Source: a bacterium (GTDB lineage: Bacteria; Patescibacteriota; Saccharimonadia; CAILAD01; GCA-016700035). From it: 64,000 nucleotides of DNA. Within the stretch, counting starts at the first letter, position 1. Every line of letters starts with the position of its first letter. The position numbers were made by a program, and so were the translations under genes. Under the pieces are notes generated by a model. The model ran no database searches. It was not told where the DNA came from and saw nothing but the letters and a program-made list of their open reading frames with translations. The stretch lies in contig CP064998.1 of assembly GCA_016700035.1 (NCBI GenBank), positions 590,790 through 654,789 on the forward strand, read 5' to 3'. Positions 29,170 to 38,695 of the stretch are shown piece after piece.

Positions 29170-30444
29170 CTACCTATCACCCGCTCTGTATTTCCCGTCG
29201 CGCGGATACTCAACGTTTGGCTGGCCGTAGAGATCGGTAAATATATCTTTTGTAGACATAATATGCGAGCCGCCGTAGGCTATAAAGACTTTCTTACCGC
29301 GTGCAACTTGGGCAGCCACAGCGGTCGAGAGTTCGCGATCCCTAATTGCACCCTGTTCAGCCCAAAACTTACCCAACTGACTCTCGTCGTGGGGATCAGC
29401 GCTCAGCTCGAAAAGCATCAGTGGCGGTATAAATTTCAGCTCACCGTTCAATGTATCAACCTCCAGACGAGACGGGATTTGCATCGACTCGAGCCAGGCA
29501 TTCATCTGCGCAATTGCCGGTTCGAGCTTCGTCAAGATGTCTTGTCGGATCATAAGAAAATCACTTTGAGCTTCAGGAATGTCTTGCGTGAAATACTTTT
29601 TATCATCCTCGCTAAATAGCGGATACTTATCGGATAATCCCACAGCAGCGAGCTGCGGATAAATGTCTAAGAGAACATCACCAACAGGCTGCTTTGCTTC
29701 TTCTGAGTTTCCTGAACCGCCGAAGCTGTATTCTGGCCGTGCCTGCAAAGCCCGCAAAGCAAATGCAAGTGCTGTTACTTCACGCGCAAGCCCTTGGTTC
29801 TCAAACTCAGCTGCTGTAATTTCATTGATATTCAATGGCTCACCCGGCACCGCCTCGACCCCCATCTGGCGGGCAAGAAATTGTAAGCCTCCAGATTCGG
29901 TCCGTTTTTGTACTGCCTCGCTCCAACTACCTGATTCATCGGGATAACCCTCATAAATCAAAACTACGTTTTCTACTCCCTGCCCCATAACAAACTGTCG
30001 AAATTGCTCGGCAATGTAGCGATTATTGAAAGAGTCCGGAGCGTAGTCATGTCCATCAGCCCACTTACCCTCCATCAGGCCATAACGAGTAACATCTTTA
30101 GCCGGCTTGCCAGTACGTGGCTCAAATTTCTCTGAATTCACCGACGCAATTACCTTCAGACTACCGTCAAGATACGTGTCGGTCTCCATACCGCCATGCG
30201 TTAACCGTTCGGCTTGATGCCTGTCATATCCTTCACCATAACTTGCGTATTTGCCCCAAACTTTCTGCACTCGTTCTCGTGGCTCCAATTGATTTACCTC
30301 CCCTTCGATAGCTTGTCCACCCACACTACTTACAGCCTCAAGCTGCCTACCTTCAATAATTTTTTGTAAGTCATCCGCAACCTGAGCCTGATGACTCCCA
30401 GATTCTGATTGTTGCTGATTAGCGCTTGTCTCTGGTGTTGTCAT
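29170..30444 (-). CDS. Hypothetical protein with a possible TraB/GumN/ChaN-like C-terminal motif (VFIAYGGSHI); start 3 nt after the uvrB stop
   Basis: Tightly coupled to uvrB. The acidic N-terminal region is disordered. Family assignment is weak. Confidence 0.5.
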   Translation of the reverse strand: MTTPETSANQQQSESGSHQAQVADDLQKIIEGRQLEAVSSVGGQAIEGEVNQLEPRERVQKVWGKYASYGEGYDRHQAERLTHGGMETDTYLDGSLKVIASVNSEKFEPRTGKPAKDVTRYGLMEGKWADGHDYAPDSFNNRYIAEQFRQFVMGQGVENVVLIYEGYPDESGSWSEAVQKRTESGGLQFLARQMGVEAVPGEPLNINEITAAEFENQGLAREVTALAFALRALQARPEYSFGGSGNSEEAKQPVGDVLLDIYPQLAAVGLSDKYPLFSEDDKKYFTQDIPEAQSDFLMIRQDILTKLEPAIAQMNAWLESMQIPSRLEVDTLNGELKFIPPLMLFELSADPHDESQLGKFWAEQGAIRDRELSTAVAAQVARGKKVFIAYGGSHIMSTKDIFTDLYGQPNVEYPRDGKYRAGDR

Positions 30445-30447
30445 ATA

Positions 30448-32436
30448 TTATTTCCTTTTTATCTCCCGACCAGCCTGAAAATCACGTATTTCAGCAATCT
30501 GATCACGCAACTCAGCTGCTTTTTCAAATTGTAAATTGGCAGCCGCCAGCTCCATCTGTTCATTTAATTGACGTACTAAGTGCTTGAGCTCATCTTTCGG
30601 AATTTTTGCAAGATCCAGAACTTGTACATCTGCCACTTCAGCCTCGCGCTCTTCCGCTATCCGCTCCGCAATGGCCTTTTTAATTCCCTGCGGGGTTATG
30701 CCATGCGTATCATTGTAGGCCAGCTGTTTTTCGCGCCGACGGTTGGTTTCTTCAATTGCCACCTGCATCGAGCCGGTCACCCGATCGGCATACATAATAA
30801 CTTTTCCTTCCACATGGCGAGCTGCCCGACCAATCGTCTGGATTAAGCTAGATGTAGATCGCAAAAAACCTTCTTTATCAGCATCAATAATTGCCACCAA
30901 AGATACCTCAGGTAAATCCAACCCTTCGCGTAATAAGTTAATCCCCACCAAAACGTCATACACACCTAGCCGTAAATCACGCAGAATATCGGTCCGCTCC
31001 AATGTGTGCACTTCCGAATGCAAGTACTGCACTTTTATACCAATATCCATCAAATATTCCGTTAAATCTTCAGCCATCCGCTTCGTCAGAGTAGTCACCA
31101 GAGTGCGTTGACCTTTTTTAACCCGCTCGCGTACCTCACCTATCAAGTCATCCACCTGGTGTTCAACTGGACGCACTTCTATCTCTGGATCCAGCAGTCC
31201 AGTTGGTCGAATAATCTGCTCGGCCACATGCGATGAACGCGATAGCTCATAATCGGCTGGTGTGGCCGAAACATACACCACCTGATTGATGTGTCGATCA
31301 AACTCTGTAAAAGTTAATGGCCGATTATCCAGCGCACTCGGTAAACGAAAACCATGCTCCACCAGCACCTCTTTACGCGCCCGATCACCGTTAAACATAC
31401 CGCGTACCTGCGGCACAGTAATGTGACTCTCATCAATCATCATTAGAAAATCATCCGGAAAATAATCTAGTAAGGTTGCCGGTTGCTCACCCGGCTCGCG
31501 GTTGGTCAAATATCTTGAATAATTTTCAATTCCCTTCACATAGCCAGTTTGCTCTAAAATTTCTAGATCATACTTCACGCGCTGTTCAATGCGCTGAGCC
31601 TCCAAATGCATATCCTGTGACTTATACCAAGCCACGCGCTCGGTCGACTCCTCGTGAATTCGCTCCATGGCCTTTTGGATCTGCTCCTTTGGTGCCACAT
31701 AATGTTTAGCTGGAAAAATTGTCACTTCAGTGGGGCGGCCAACCACCTCACCCGTGAGGGGTGTCAACTTAGTAATCGACTCCACCACATCACCAAAAAA
31801 CTGAATTCGATAAGCCTCTTCCCCATCGGCTGGAATTATATCAATATTTTCTCCTCTTACCCGAAAAGTTCCACGCTGAAAGTTTTGGTCATTACGCGCA
31901 TATTGAATGTCGGTTAAGAGACGCAAGAATTTATCTCGCTTTTTCATCTCGCCCACTTTTATGGCAATCGACATATTAGCAAAGTCTTCCACCGAACCAA
32001 TGCCATAAATACAGCTCACCGACGCCACAATTAAAACATCCTGACGAGAAAGCAGGGCCGAAGTGGCCGCTAGACGCAAACGATCAATCTCTTCATTGAT
32101 GGCTGAGTCTTTTTCAATGTAGGTATCCGAGCGAGCTATGTAGGCTTCTGGCTGATAGTAGTCAAAATAGCTCACAAAATAATGTACAGCATTATCTGGA
32201 AAGAACTCTTTAAACTCCGAATACAGTTGAGCTGCCAATGTTTTGTTGTGGGAAAGAACCAAGGTTGGGCGATTTATTTTGGCGACCAAATTCGCCATGG
32301 TAAATGTCTTACCGGAACCAGTCACACCCAAAAGAGTTTGCTCTCGTGCCCCATCGCGTAAGCCTGCATATAGTTTCTCTATCGCACCTGGCTGATCACC
32401 AGATGGCTCATATTTCGCCCGTAAGTTAAATGCCAT
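30448..32436 (-). CDS. uvrB: Excinuclease ABC subunit B (UvrB)
   Basis: Helicase motifs ([12 protein letters not shown]), the beta-hairpin region, C-terminal UVR domain ([10 protein letters not shown]); 662 aa. Confidence 0.95.
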   Translation of the reverse strand: MAFNLRAKYEPSGDQPGAIEKLYAGLRDGAREQTLLGVTGSGKTFTMANLVAKINRPTLVLSHNKTLAAQLYSEFKEFFPDNAVHYFVSYFDYYQPEAYIARSDTYIEKDSAINEEIDRLRLAATSALLSRQDVLIVASVSCIYGIGSVEDFANMSIAIKVGEMKKRDKFLRLLTDIQYARNDQNFQRGTFRVRGENIDIIPADGEEAYRIQFFGDVVESITKLTPLTGEVVGRPTEVTIFPAKHYVAPKEQIQKAMERIHEESTERVAWYKSQDMHLEAQRIEQRVKYDLEILEQTGYVKGIENYSRYLTNREPGEQPATLLDYFPDDFLMMIDESHITVPQVRGMFNGDRARKEVLVEHGFRLPSALDNRPLTFTEFDRHINQVVYVSATPADYELSRSSHVAEQIIRPTGLLDPEIEVRPVEHQVDDLIGEVRERVKKGQRTLVTTLTKRMAEDLTEYLMDIGIKVQYLHSEVHTLERTDILRDLRLGVYDVLVGINLLREGLDLPEVSLVAIIDADKEGFLRSTSSLIQTIGRAARHVEGKVIMYADRVTGSMQVAIEETNRRREKQLAYNDTHGITPQGIKKAIAERIAEEREAEVADVQVLDLAKIPKDELKHLVRQLNEQMELAAANLQFEKAAELRDQIAEIRDFQAGREIKRK

Positions 32437-32548
32437 AACCTACATTATATATGAAAAATATGACCACCCGGCATGGGATAGCCATACTAATCATCGTCAT
32501 TAATACCTATACTTAATAATAACTGATTGGTGTAATAATATTACAATC

Positions 32549-33163
32549 CTATCGCTTAATTGGGTAGTTAGTTGATCCAAGTCGATACATCGAATACACA
32601 TAAACAGGCTTATCCCCAGCTGAACGAGCAATGAAGTTAATGTATCTAGGTATACCCGTAGTATTGCCATCTAAATATAGACAACGAGTGAAATTTCCGG
32701 GTGCAAGGGGTCCAATTGCACCGCCTGAAGATGCAGCAATGGCACTACTATTGCCTTGTAGATATGCCATTATCGCCCAAGATCCCACCTCCCCGGTTGA
32801 ATATCCTTCAAAGCAGTATGTATCACCCTGGGGGACACTGGAATATTCAAATACTGAAATACGGTTTTGCCCATCTGAGCTAATTCGACTCTGAATAGCC
32901 GGTCTATTATTTTTTGTAGCCATACTACCAGATTCAACCTTAAGCATTGAGGCCGTCCAAGTGTACGCCGCAGCCTTACTTAAACGCACAAATAGGTAGC
33001 CAAGCCCCACCACTAATACTGCCCCAATCAATACAGCTACTTTCCAACTAAACTTACGCTTTTTATTCAGGACACTTAAGCCAGCTATCCGACTCTTTGG
33101 TTTAGCTTTAGACTTAGTCGATTTAGTTAATGGCTTTTTAGTAGTTGATATTTTAGCTGACAT
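32549..33163 (-). CDS. Cassette small protein A: Lys-rich cytoplasmic N-tail, single TM, Cys-containing ectodomain (no PG-binding domain)
   Basis: N-terminus MSAKISTTKKPLTKSTKSKAKPKSRIAG..KKRKFSWK is almost identical to paralogs B and C. Confidence 0.6.
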   Translation of the reverse strand: MSAKISTTKKPLTKSTKSKAKPKSRIAGLSVLNKKRKFSWKVAVLIGAVLVVGLGYLFVRLSKAAAYTWTASMLKVESGSMATKNNRPAIQSRISSDGQNRISVFEYSSVPQGDTYCFEGYSTGEVGSWAIMAYLQGNSSAIAASSGGAIGPLAPGNFTRCLYLDGNTTGIPRYINFIARSAGDKPVYVYSMYRLGSTNYPIKR

Positions 33164-33218
33164 TGAGATTATACCCTCTTATTTGTTTAGATATTAAATG
33201 TATTAATACTTATGCTTA

Positions 33219-33248
33219 AATTTAGCTGACCTGCAACTAGTCTGTCAA
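33219..33248 (-). promoter_or_regulatory. Conserved sigma70-like promoter (TTGACA-N18-TAAATT) of cassette small gene A
   Basis: Same element and leader (aagcataagtattaatacattaatatctaaa) found upstream of copies B and C. Confidence 0.5.
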
Positions 33249-34696
33249 ACTTTCTTAGGTTTCTTTTTGAAATATAGGTAGTATCCAACTAGCCCAGCCA
33301 CCGAGACATATACCACCCATTCACCCAGATATGTGTAAATGGTTTTTACACTGTTAGCCTGCACACTAGCCATTACTGCGCCACCAGATTTAGCATAGTT
33401 TTTTGCAAGTACTCGCCCGTCCTTATCTATAATATAAGCTGGCCCACCCTTTGCCCCCTGAATAAACGGGCGGGCATGGGCAACTGCTGCAAGCTTATTC
33501 ATATTTTGGCTTTCAACATGAAACAGGGGTGATATTCCCATCGTGTCTAGGGCAGCCGAGTTAGTAAAGATGTTTGCACCGGCCTGAGCTAGCTGACTAT
33601 AAAAATCAGGCGCTATTACCCCAGAACAAGCGTGTGCGCCATAACTCACCCCTTCAAAAATATAGGGTTTTTCTATTTCTCTACCACGATTAACACTCTT
33701 CTGATTATTAAAGTCGAGCAGTAACTGCTCCTGGCCAGCATAGGCCAACACTACTTGATACAGATACGGCACATACTCACCGGCCGGTACCACAAACCAT
33801 TTTTGTTGCTGGTTTAAAATCCTGCCATCAGTTGCTTGAAAGGTTAGCATGTTGTGACCTATACCAGCAACGTTTTCACGCGCACTATGTATGATTAACC
33901 CGTCAGACTTCTTCATTACTCGACCAATAACCGGCTTATCGGCTTCAATCCCTTCTTCAAAATAATGTGAATACTCGGGCAGCACTAATACATCTAGTGA
34001 CCTATCTGCAAAACCCTTAAGCTGTTCGTATGATTCTTTTGAGAACATTGTGGGCTGATCCTTATAGGGATAACGAACAGCTCCAACCATTCTTTGCGGG
34101 CCGCTCGACTGCGCATAGAGTATGTAGCCCAGCCAAGATAACGTAGCTAAAACTAAGATAATCGGCGCAAAAGGTACAATTGAACGCTTCTTATACGATT
34201 GATAGCCGGCCACAAATAACAGCGCAACCACACCGCTTAGTAAATATAATCCACCAAACCTCGCCATAAACACTAGTGGAGTTTCGGCTAAATAGTAGCC
34301 AAAATTACCAAATGTCCAATACGGCCCGATTTGCCCACCCGGACCCATACTGGTAATGGAAAAAATAACAGCTCGAGCATATTCTGCCACCAGCCAAAGT
34401 GCTGGAACTATAATCAATGCGCGACCTTCAGATAGCTTGAGCTTAAATAATCTATATAGCCATAAGAACAATACAAAACCCAGCGCAAAGCTGGCTGTCA
34501 TAATTAATCCAGCCGAAAGTCCTACTACCTTAATTGCAAAACCCTGAGCAATCTCGGCAGTTCGTACGCCAAACATCCACGATACGACCACCCCAAAATA
34601 CACACAACCAACTAAGAAAGCTGTCCAGTATGGATGGTTGTGGGTGAAGTTACGGAGGCGATGGTGACGGGCGTTATGACGCTTGTGTTTTTTCAT
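33245..34696 (-). CDS. Lnt-like integral membrane carbon-nitrogen hydrolase (apolipoprotein N-acyltransferase-like), paralog A
   Basis: His-rich N-terminus, five N-terminal TM helices, CN-hydrolase domain (VLPEYSHYFEE...YGAHACSGV), C-terminal TM: Lnt topology. Confidence 0.6.
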   Translation of the reverse strand: MKKHKRHNARHHRLRNFTHNHPYWTAFLVGCVYFGVVVSWMFGVRTAEIAQGFAIKVVGLSAGLIMTASFALGFVLFLWLYRLFKLKLSEGRALIIVPALWLVAEYARAVIFSITSMGPGGQIGPYWTFGNFGYYLAETPLVFMARFGGLYLLSGVVALLFVAGYQSYKKRSIVPFAPIILVLATLSWLGYILYAQSSGPQRMVGAVRYPYKDQPTMFSKESYEQLKGFADRSLDVLVLPEYSHYFEEGIEADKPVIGRVMKKSDGLIIHSARENVAGIGHNMLTFQATDGRILNQQQKWFVVPAGEYVPYLYQVVLAYAGQEQLLLDFNNQKSVNRGREIEKPYIFEGVSYGAHACSGVIAPDFYSQLAQAGANIFTNSAALDTMGISPLFHVESQNMNKLAAVAHARPFIQGAKGGPAYIIDKDGRVLAKNYAKSGGAVMASVQANSVKTIYTYLGEWVVYVSVAGLVGYYLYFKKKPKKV

Positions 34697-34721
34697 CTGT
34701 TAGTGATTATGCTGTTAGTGA

Positions 34722-34766
34722 GAGAAAAAATAAAGCCCACTTGATATGTTTATCCAGAGGGCTTTA
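34722..34766 (-). terminator. Weak hairpin plus T-run after cassette small gene B
   Basis: aaagccca...gggcttt with flanking A/T runs; imperfect stem. Confidence 0.35.
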
Positions 34767-34802
34767 TTTAGTTTAGTTATTTGGTGTACCAATACTTTTT
34801 AA

Positions 34803-35753
34803 CTACAGTGTACAACCTTGTTTAGCAGCTGGATCAGAGCAATTATTGGCCTGAACCATGCGCGCCCAAGTTCTAGGGCCAACCACTCCATCTTGAGTGA
34901 GGCCAGTCTTTTGTTGGAATAATTTTACATTATCGGCAGTTTTTTGACCATAGATACCATCTACATCTATGGTATAGCCTAACTGTTTAAGTTTTAGTTG
35001 AATCATCGAGACACAGAAGTTTTGATTACCAATACCATTGTTCATATTAGCGCAGTCTGGTGTGTTAGGAGCGGGGGCTGGAGGGGCAGGAGCGGGGGCT
35101 GGAGTACTGAGGCTGGCATTGGGTTGGGTGGGGGCTTGGGCGGGAGGGGCGGATATAAGCTCTTCACGCATAGAATAGAAGTAGGCCTTTTGACCAACCG
35201 CCGCATCAATAATAAAGTAGATATCCTTACGTGCCTGGGCGCTTTTAGCCTCAAGGTCGAAACATTTTGTAGCTTTACCATTTGTTGGCCCATCTAACCT
35301 CTCATAAAATCCAAACTTAGTCGTATCATTAACATACGCCCAAGATGAAATCGTGACAGGACCAGACGTTGCATACTGAAAGCAGTAGCTGGTCTTACCA
35401 TAATATATTCCATCGACGCTACTAGTTAAGCTGATGCTCTCGATCCCATTTTTTTCAATAGATCCAATTGCCTGCGAGCCGTCAATTTTGTTAACAACCT
35501 CTCCAGCTAAGTCGCCACCTGCGTAACGCCACTCTGTAGCCCCAAGCACCCTACTATTACCTGCCTGACTCAACCGTACAAACAAATAGCCTAGAGCTGC
35601 GACCAGTACGACTACAATAATGATAGCTATTTTCCAGTTAAACTTGCGTTTTTTGTTTAATATACTAGAGCCAGCTATCCGACTCTTTGGTTTGGTTTTA
35701 GACTTAGTAGATTTAGTTAATGGTCTTTTAGGAGTTGATACTTTAGCGGGCAT
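34803..35753 (-). CDS. Cassette small protein B: Lys-rich N-tail, TM, variable Cys ectodomain, Pro/Ala linker, C-terminal peptidoglycan-binding (PG_binding_1-like) domain
   Basis: LGYTIDVDGIYGQKTADNVKLFQQKTGLTQDGVVGPRTWARM matches the PG-binding domain. PAPAPAPPAPAP linker. Confidence 0.65.
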   Translation of the reverse strand: MPAKVSTPKRPLTKSTKSKTKPKSRIAGSSILNKKRKFNWKIAIIIVVVLVAALGYLFVRLSQAGNSRVLGATEWRYAGGDLAGEVVNKIDGSQAIGSIEKNGIESISLTSSVDGIYYGKTSYCFQYATSGPVTISSWAYVNDTTKFGFYERLDGPTNGKATKCFDLEAKSAQARKDIYFIIDAAVGQKAYFYSMREELISAPPAQAPTQPNASLSTPAPAPAPPAPAPNTPDCANMNNGIGNQNFCVSMIQLKLKQLGYTIDVDGIYGQKTADNVKLFQQKTGLTQDGVVGPRTWARMVQANNCSDPAAKQGCTL

Positions 35754-35811
35754 TGTAGTTATGTTTCCTTAGTATTTATTTAGATATTTAATGTATTAAT
35801 GATTATGCTTA

Positions 35812-35840
35812 AATTTAGTTGAGGCACGGTGGAGTGTCAA
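35812..35840 (-). promoter_or_regulatory. Conserved promoter (TTGACA-N17-TAAATT) of cassette small gene B
   Basis: Aligned with the copies upstream of small genes A and C. Confidence 0.5.
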
Positions 35841-37312
35841 ATTTTTAGTTGGCGGTTTTTAAACCTAGAGAGAATATATTTTTTAATCAACATATAGGCA
35901 GTTACCGCAATTGCCCCATACACTATCCATTCACCTAAATAAGTGTATAGGGTTTTGGTTCCGTTAGTCTGCACATCTGCTACTACCACTCCACCAGTTT
36001 TAGAGAATGTAAAAGCCACCTCCCTACCGTCACGATCTAGGATATAGGCTGGACCACCTTTTGCTCCTTGAACAAATGGCTTGGCGTGCGCAACGGCAGC
36101 CAATCGATTAGTTTGCTCAGCTTCATAATGCAAGAGCGACGAAAGACCCATTGTATCTAGAGCGGCAGAGTTTATGAAAATATCTGACCCCTGCTGGGCT
36201 AGCTGATTATAAAAGTCCGGTGATAAAACCCCAGAACAAGCGTGCGCACCATACCGTACCCCACGATACTCGAATGGTCGCTCAGGTGTTTCGCCACGCT
36301 CCACACTCTTTTGTTGATTAAAGTTTAATAGCAGTTGTTCCTGGCCAGCGTAAGCTAAAATTACCTGATAAATATATGGCACATACTCGCCGGCCGGTAC
36401 CACAAACCACTTTTGCTGTTGGTTTAAAAGTTTACCATCGGCCGAGTGGAAACTCAGCATATTGTGCCCCAATGTCATAATATTCTCATTCGCACTATGC
36501 ACCACCAGGCCTTGCGCATCTTTTGTGACTGACTGAATAATCGCCGAATCAGGTGGAACGTCTTCACTCGAAGCAAAATAATGTGAATATTCTGGCAGAA
36601 CCAAAGTATCAACCTTCTGACCGACTCCCATACTCACCACATTATAACTTTCAGCAGCCGTGGTGTAGGCACTATTTTTATTAGCGTATCTTACTGCCCC
36701 AATACGTAGCATTGGACCGCTTGACTGACGATAAGCTAGCCAACCTAAGCCGGCTCCAACTGTCACGATACTCATTACCATAATTAATGGTTGCCATCGG
36801 CGCAGTTTATATAATTGGTAGCCAGCTACAAAAATTGCCACCACAACAAAACTAAGCAAATAAAGACCGCCAAATCGCGCTAAATAAACGAGTGGCGTCT
36901 CGGCAAGCAGATAGCCAAAGTCACCATACGCCCAATATGGCCCGATGCGCCCGCCTGGACCAAGGCTCACAATTGAAAATAATATAGCCCGCACATATTC
37001 TGCGACCACCCAAAGCATTGGGATAAGCCATACCGCTCTTGGCTCTGCTAGACTAATACGCAAGCGACGCTTGAGCCATACAAACAATACAAAGCCCAGC
37101 GATAGGCTGGTAATCATGATTATAGCCGCCGAAGCCGCCACTAGCTTGACGGCAAAACCTTGAGCAATCTCGGCTGTCCGTACGCCAAACATCCACGATA
37201 CTACCACTCCAAAATACACACAACCAATTAGAAAAGCTGTCCAGTATGGACGGTTGTGAGTGAAGTTACGAAGGTGGTGATGACGACTGTTATTACGCTT
37301 GTGTTTTTTCAT
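35837..37312 (-). CDS. Lnt-like integral membrane carbon-nitrogen hydrolase, paralog B
   Basis: Same architecture as paralog A. DNA identity is about 85-88% in several blocks. Confidence 0.6.
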   Translation of the reverse strand: MKKHKRNNSRHHHLRNFTHNRPYWTAFLIGCVYFGVVVSWMFGVRTAEIAQGFAVKLVAASAAIIMITSLSLGFVLFVWLKRRLRISLAEPRAVWLIPMLWVVAEYVRAILFSIVSLGPGGRIGPYWAYGDFGYLLAETPLVYLARFGGLYLLSFVVVAIFVAGYQLYKLRRWQPLIMVMSIVTVGAGLGWLAYRQSSGPMLRIGAVRYANKNSAYTTAAESYNVVSMGVGQKVDTLVLPEYSHYFASSEDVPPDSAIIQSVTKDAQGLVVHSANENIMTLGHNMLSFHSADGKLLNQQQKWFVVPAGEYVPYIYQVILAYAGQEQLLLNFNQQKSVERGETPERPFEYRGVRYGAHACSGVLSPDFYNQLAQQGSDIFINSAALDTMGLSSLLHYEAEQTNRLAAVAHAKPFVQGAKGGPAYILDRDGREVAFTFSKTGGVVVADVQTNGTKTLYTYLGEWIVYGAIAVTAYMLIKKYILSRFKNRQLKI

Positions 37313-37340
37313 CTGTAAGTGATTATGCTGTTAGTGGAGG

Positions 37341-37380
37341 GAAAAATAAAGCCCCTTTGGTTGAATTATCCAGGGGGCTT
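37341..37380 (-). terminator. Hairpin terminator after cassette small gene C (bidirectional hairpin with T-runs on both sides)
   Basis: aaagcccc...gggggcttt; on the minus strand it is followed by tttattttt. Confidence 0.55.
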
Positions 37381-37420
37381 TATTTAGTTTAGTTATTTGA
37401 TATACCAATGTTTCTACTAA

Positions 37421-38500
37421 CTAGAGTGTACAACCTTGTTTAGCAGCTGGATCAGAACAGTTATTGGCCTGGACTAGGCGAGCCCAAGTTCTGGGACCAG
37501 TTATACCATCTTGTGGTAGACCTGTTCTTTGCTGGAATAGCTTTACATTATCAGCAGTTTTTTGACCATAGATACCATCTACATCTATGGTATAGCCTAA
37601 CTGTTTAAGTTTTAGTTGAATCATCGAGACACAGAAGTTTTGATTACCAATACCATTGTTCATATTGGCGCAGTCTGGTGTGTTAGGAGCGGGGGCTGGA
37701 GGGGCAGGAGCGGGGGCTGGAGTACTGAGGCTGGCATTGGGTTGGGTGGGGGCTTGGGCGGGAGGGGCGGGCGGGGTATCTAAGCTAGCATCACTAGGGC
37801 CAGAACTAACCGCGACGTATGAACGATTTGCCGACGAAATATAGAAGGCCTTATCTCTGTTGCCAGCCTTTATAGAAAAATCTGTATGAGCATAAAAAGT
37901 TATATATCTAGGTGTATTCCTTTGTGCATTGTTTGCGGGTGCTGGAATATTAGCACAAATTGTGAATCCATTATTACCTGTGCTATATTTTTCAACATTT
38001 TCACCATTAATAACAGCCGCCGCCCTACTATATAGTACGTCTTGTCTTAAGCTATGCATTGACGACTCATCATTGATATAAACCGCTCTGATTTCCCATT
38101 TGTCAACACTGGCGTATTTTGTCACTCCATTAAAGCAGTATCGTGCATTATGATCTACTTTCGAGTTTATATAAAGATATACCTGAGAGCCTGTAGTATA
38201 TCCTTCTTTATATTGTGACTGTATAACATCTCTCCCATTAGATAATGTGTCGCGAGTACCTACGTAAGACCCTCTAAACCCCATTTGTCCGGTCTGCCAC
38301 GAATAATCAGCCCCCGCCTGACTCAACCGCACAAACAAATAGCCTAGAGCTACAGCTAATACGGCTACAATGACTATGGCTATCTTCCAATTAAACTTAC
38401 GTTTTTTGTTTAGAGCACTAAGGCCAGCTATCCGACTCTTTGATTTAGATTTGGTAGATTTAGTTAATGTCTTTTTAGGAGTTGATGCTTTAGCAGGCAT
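37421..38500 (-). CDS. Cassette small protein C: Lys-rich N-tail, TM, variable ectodomain, Pro/Ala linker, C-terminal PG-binding domain
   Basis: The last about 120 codons are nearly identical at DNA level to paralog B. PG_binding_1-like motif. Confidence 0.65.
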   Translation of the reverse strand: MPAKASTPKKTLTKSTKSKSKSRIAGLSALNKKRKFNWKIAIVIVAVLAVALGYLFVRLSQAGADYSWQTGQMGFRGSYVGTRDTLSNGRDVIQSQYKEGYTTGSQVYLYINSKVDHNARYCFNGVTKYASVDKWEIRAVYINDESSMHSLRQDVLYSRAAAVINGENVEKYSTGNNGFTICANIPAPANNAQRNTPRYITFYAHTDFSIKAGNRDKAFYISSANRSYVAVSSGPSDASLDTPPAPPAQAPTQPNASLSTPAPAPAPPAPAPNTPDCANMNNGIGNQNFCVSMIQLKLKQLGYTIDVDGIYGQKTADNVKLFQQRTGLPQDGITGPRTWARLVQANNCSDPAAKQGCTL

Positions 38501-38547
38501 TGTAATTATGTTCCCTTATTCTTTATTTAAATATTTAATGTATTAAT

Positions 38548-38576
38548 GCTTATGCTTATGCTTATGCTTATGCTTA
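38548..38576. repeat. Hexanucleotide microsatellite (GCTTAT)x4.8 in the leader of cassette small gene C
   Basis: gcttatgcttatgcttatgcttatgctta. Only about 1.8 units at the equivalent position of copies A and B. Confidence 0.85.
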
Positions 38577-38606
38577 ATTTTAGCTGAACTGTAGTTGGAC
38601 TGTCAA
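38577..38606 (-). promoter_or_regulatory. Conserved promoter (TTGACA-N18-TAAAAT) of cassette small gene C
   Basis: Aligned with the copies upstream of small genes A and B. Confidence 0.5.
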
Positions 38607-38642
38607 GCGTTTTTAGAAATTTCTAGAATTCAACCTGCACAA

Positions 38643-38672
38643 AAAATAAATCTCGCTTAGTGCGAGATTTAA
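38643..38672 (-). terminator. Rho-independent terminator downstream of the glutaredoxin-like gene
   Basis: aaatctcgcactaagcgagattt followed by a T-run on the minus strand. Confidence 0.6.
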
Positions 38673-38695
38673 GACTATTTTTTATGAACAGCTAG

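Larger units (their letters stand above)
33245..38606 (-). repeat. Tandem duplication: two units of about 2.6-2.8 kb (33245-35836 and 35837-38606), each with one Lnt-like gene, promoter and small anchored-protein gene. Includes a near-identical 360 bp block at 34803-35165 / 37421-37783.
   Basis: Direct sequence comparison. The last about 220 nt of the block differ at a single position. Confidence 0.8.

Noticed and set aside
38548-38576. CRISPR array
   Set aside because: Perfect 6-nt tandem units with no spacers; this is a microsatellite. No other direct-repeat array was seen in the window.
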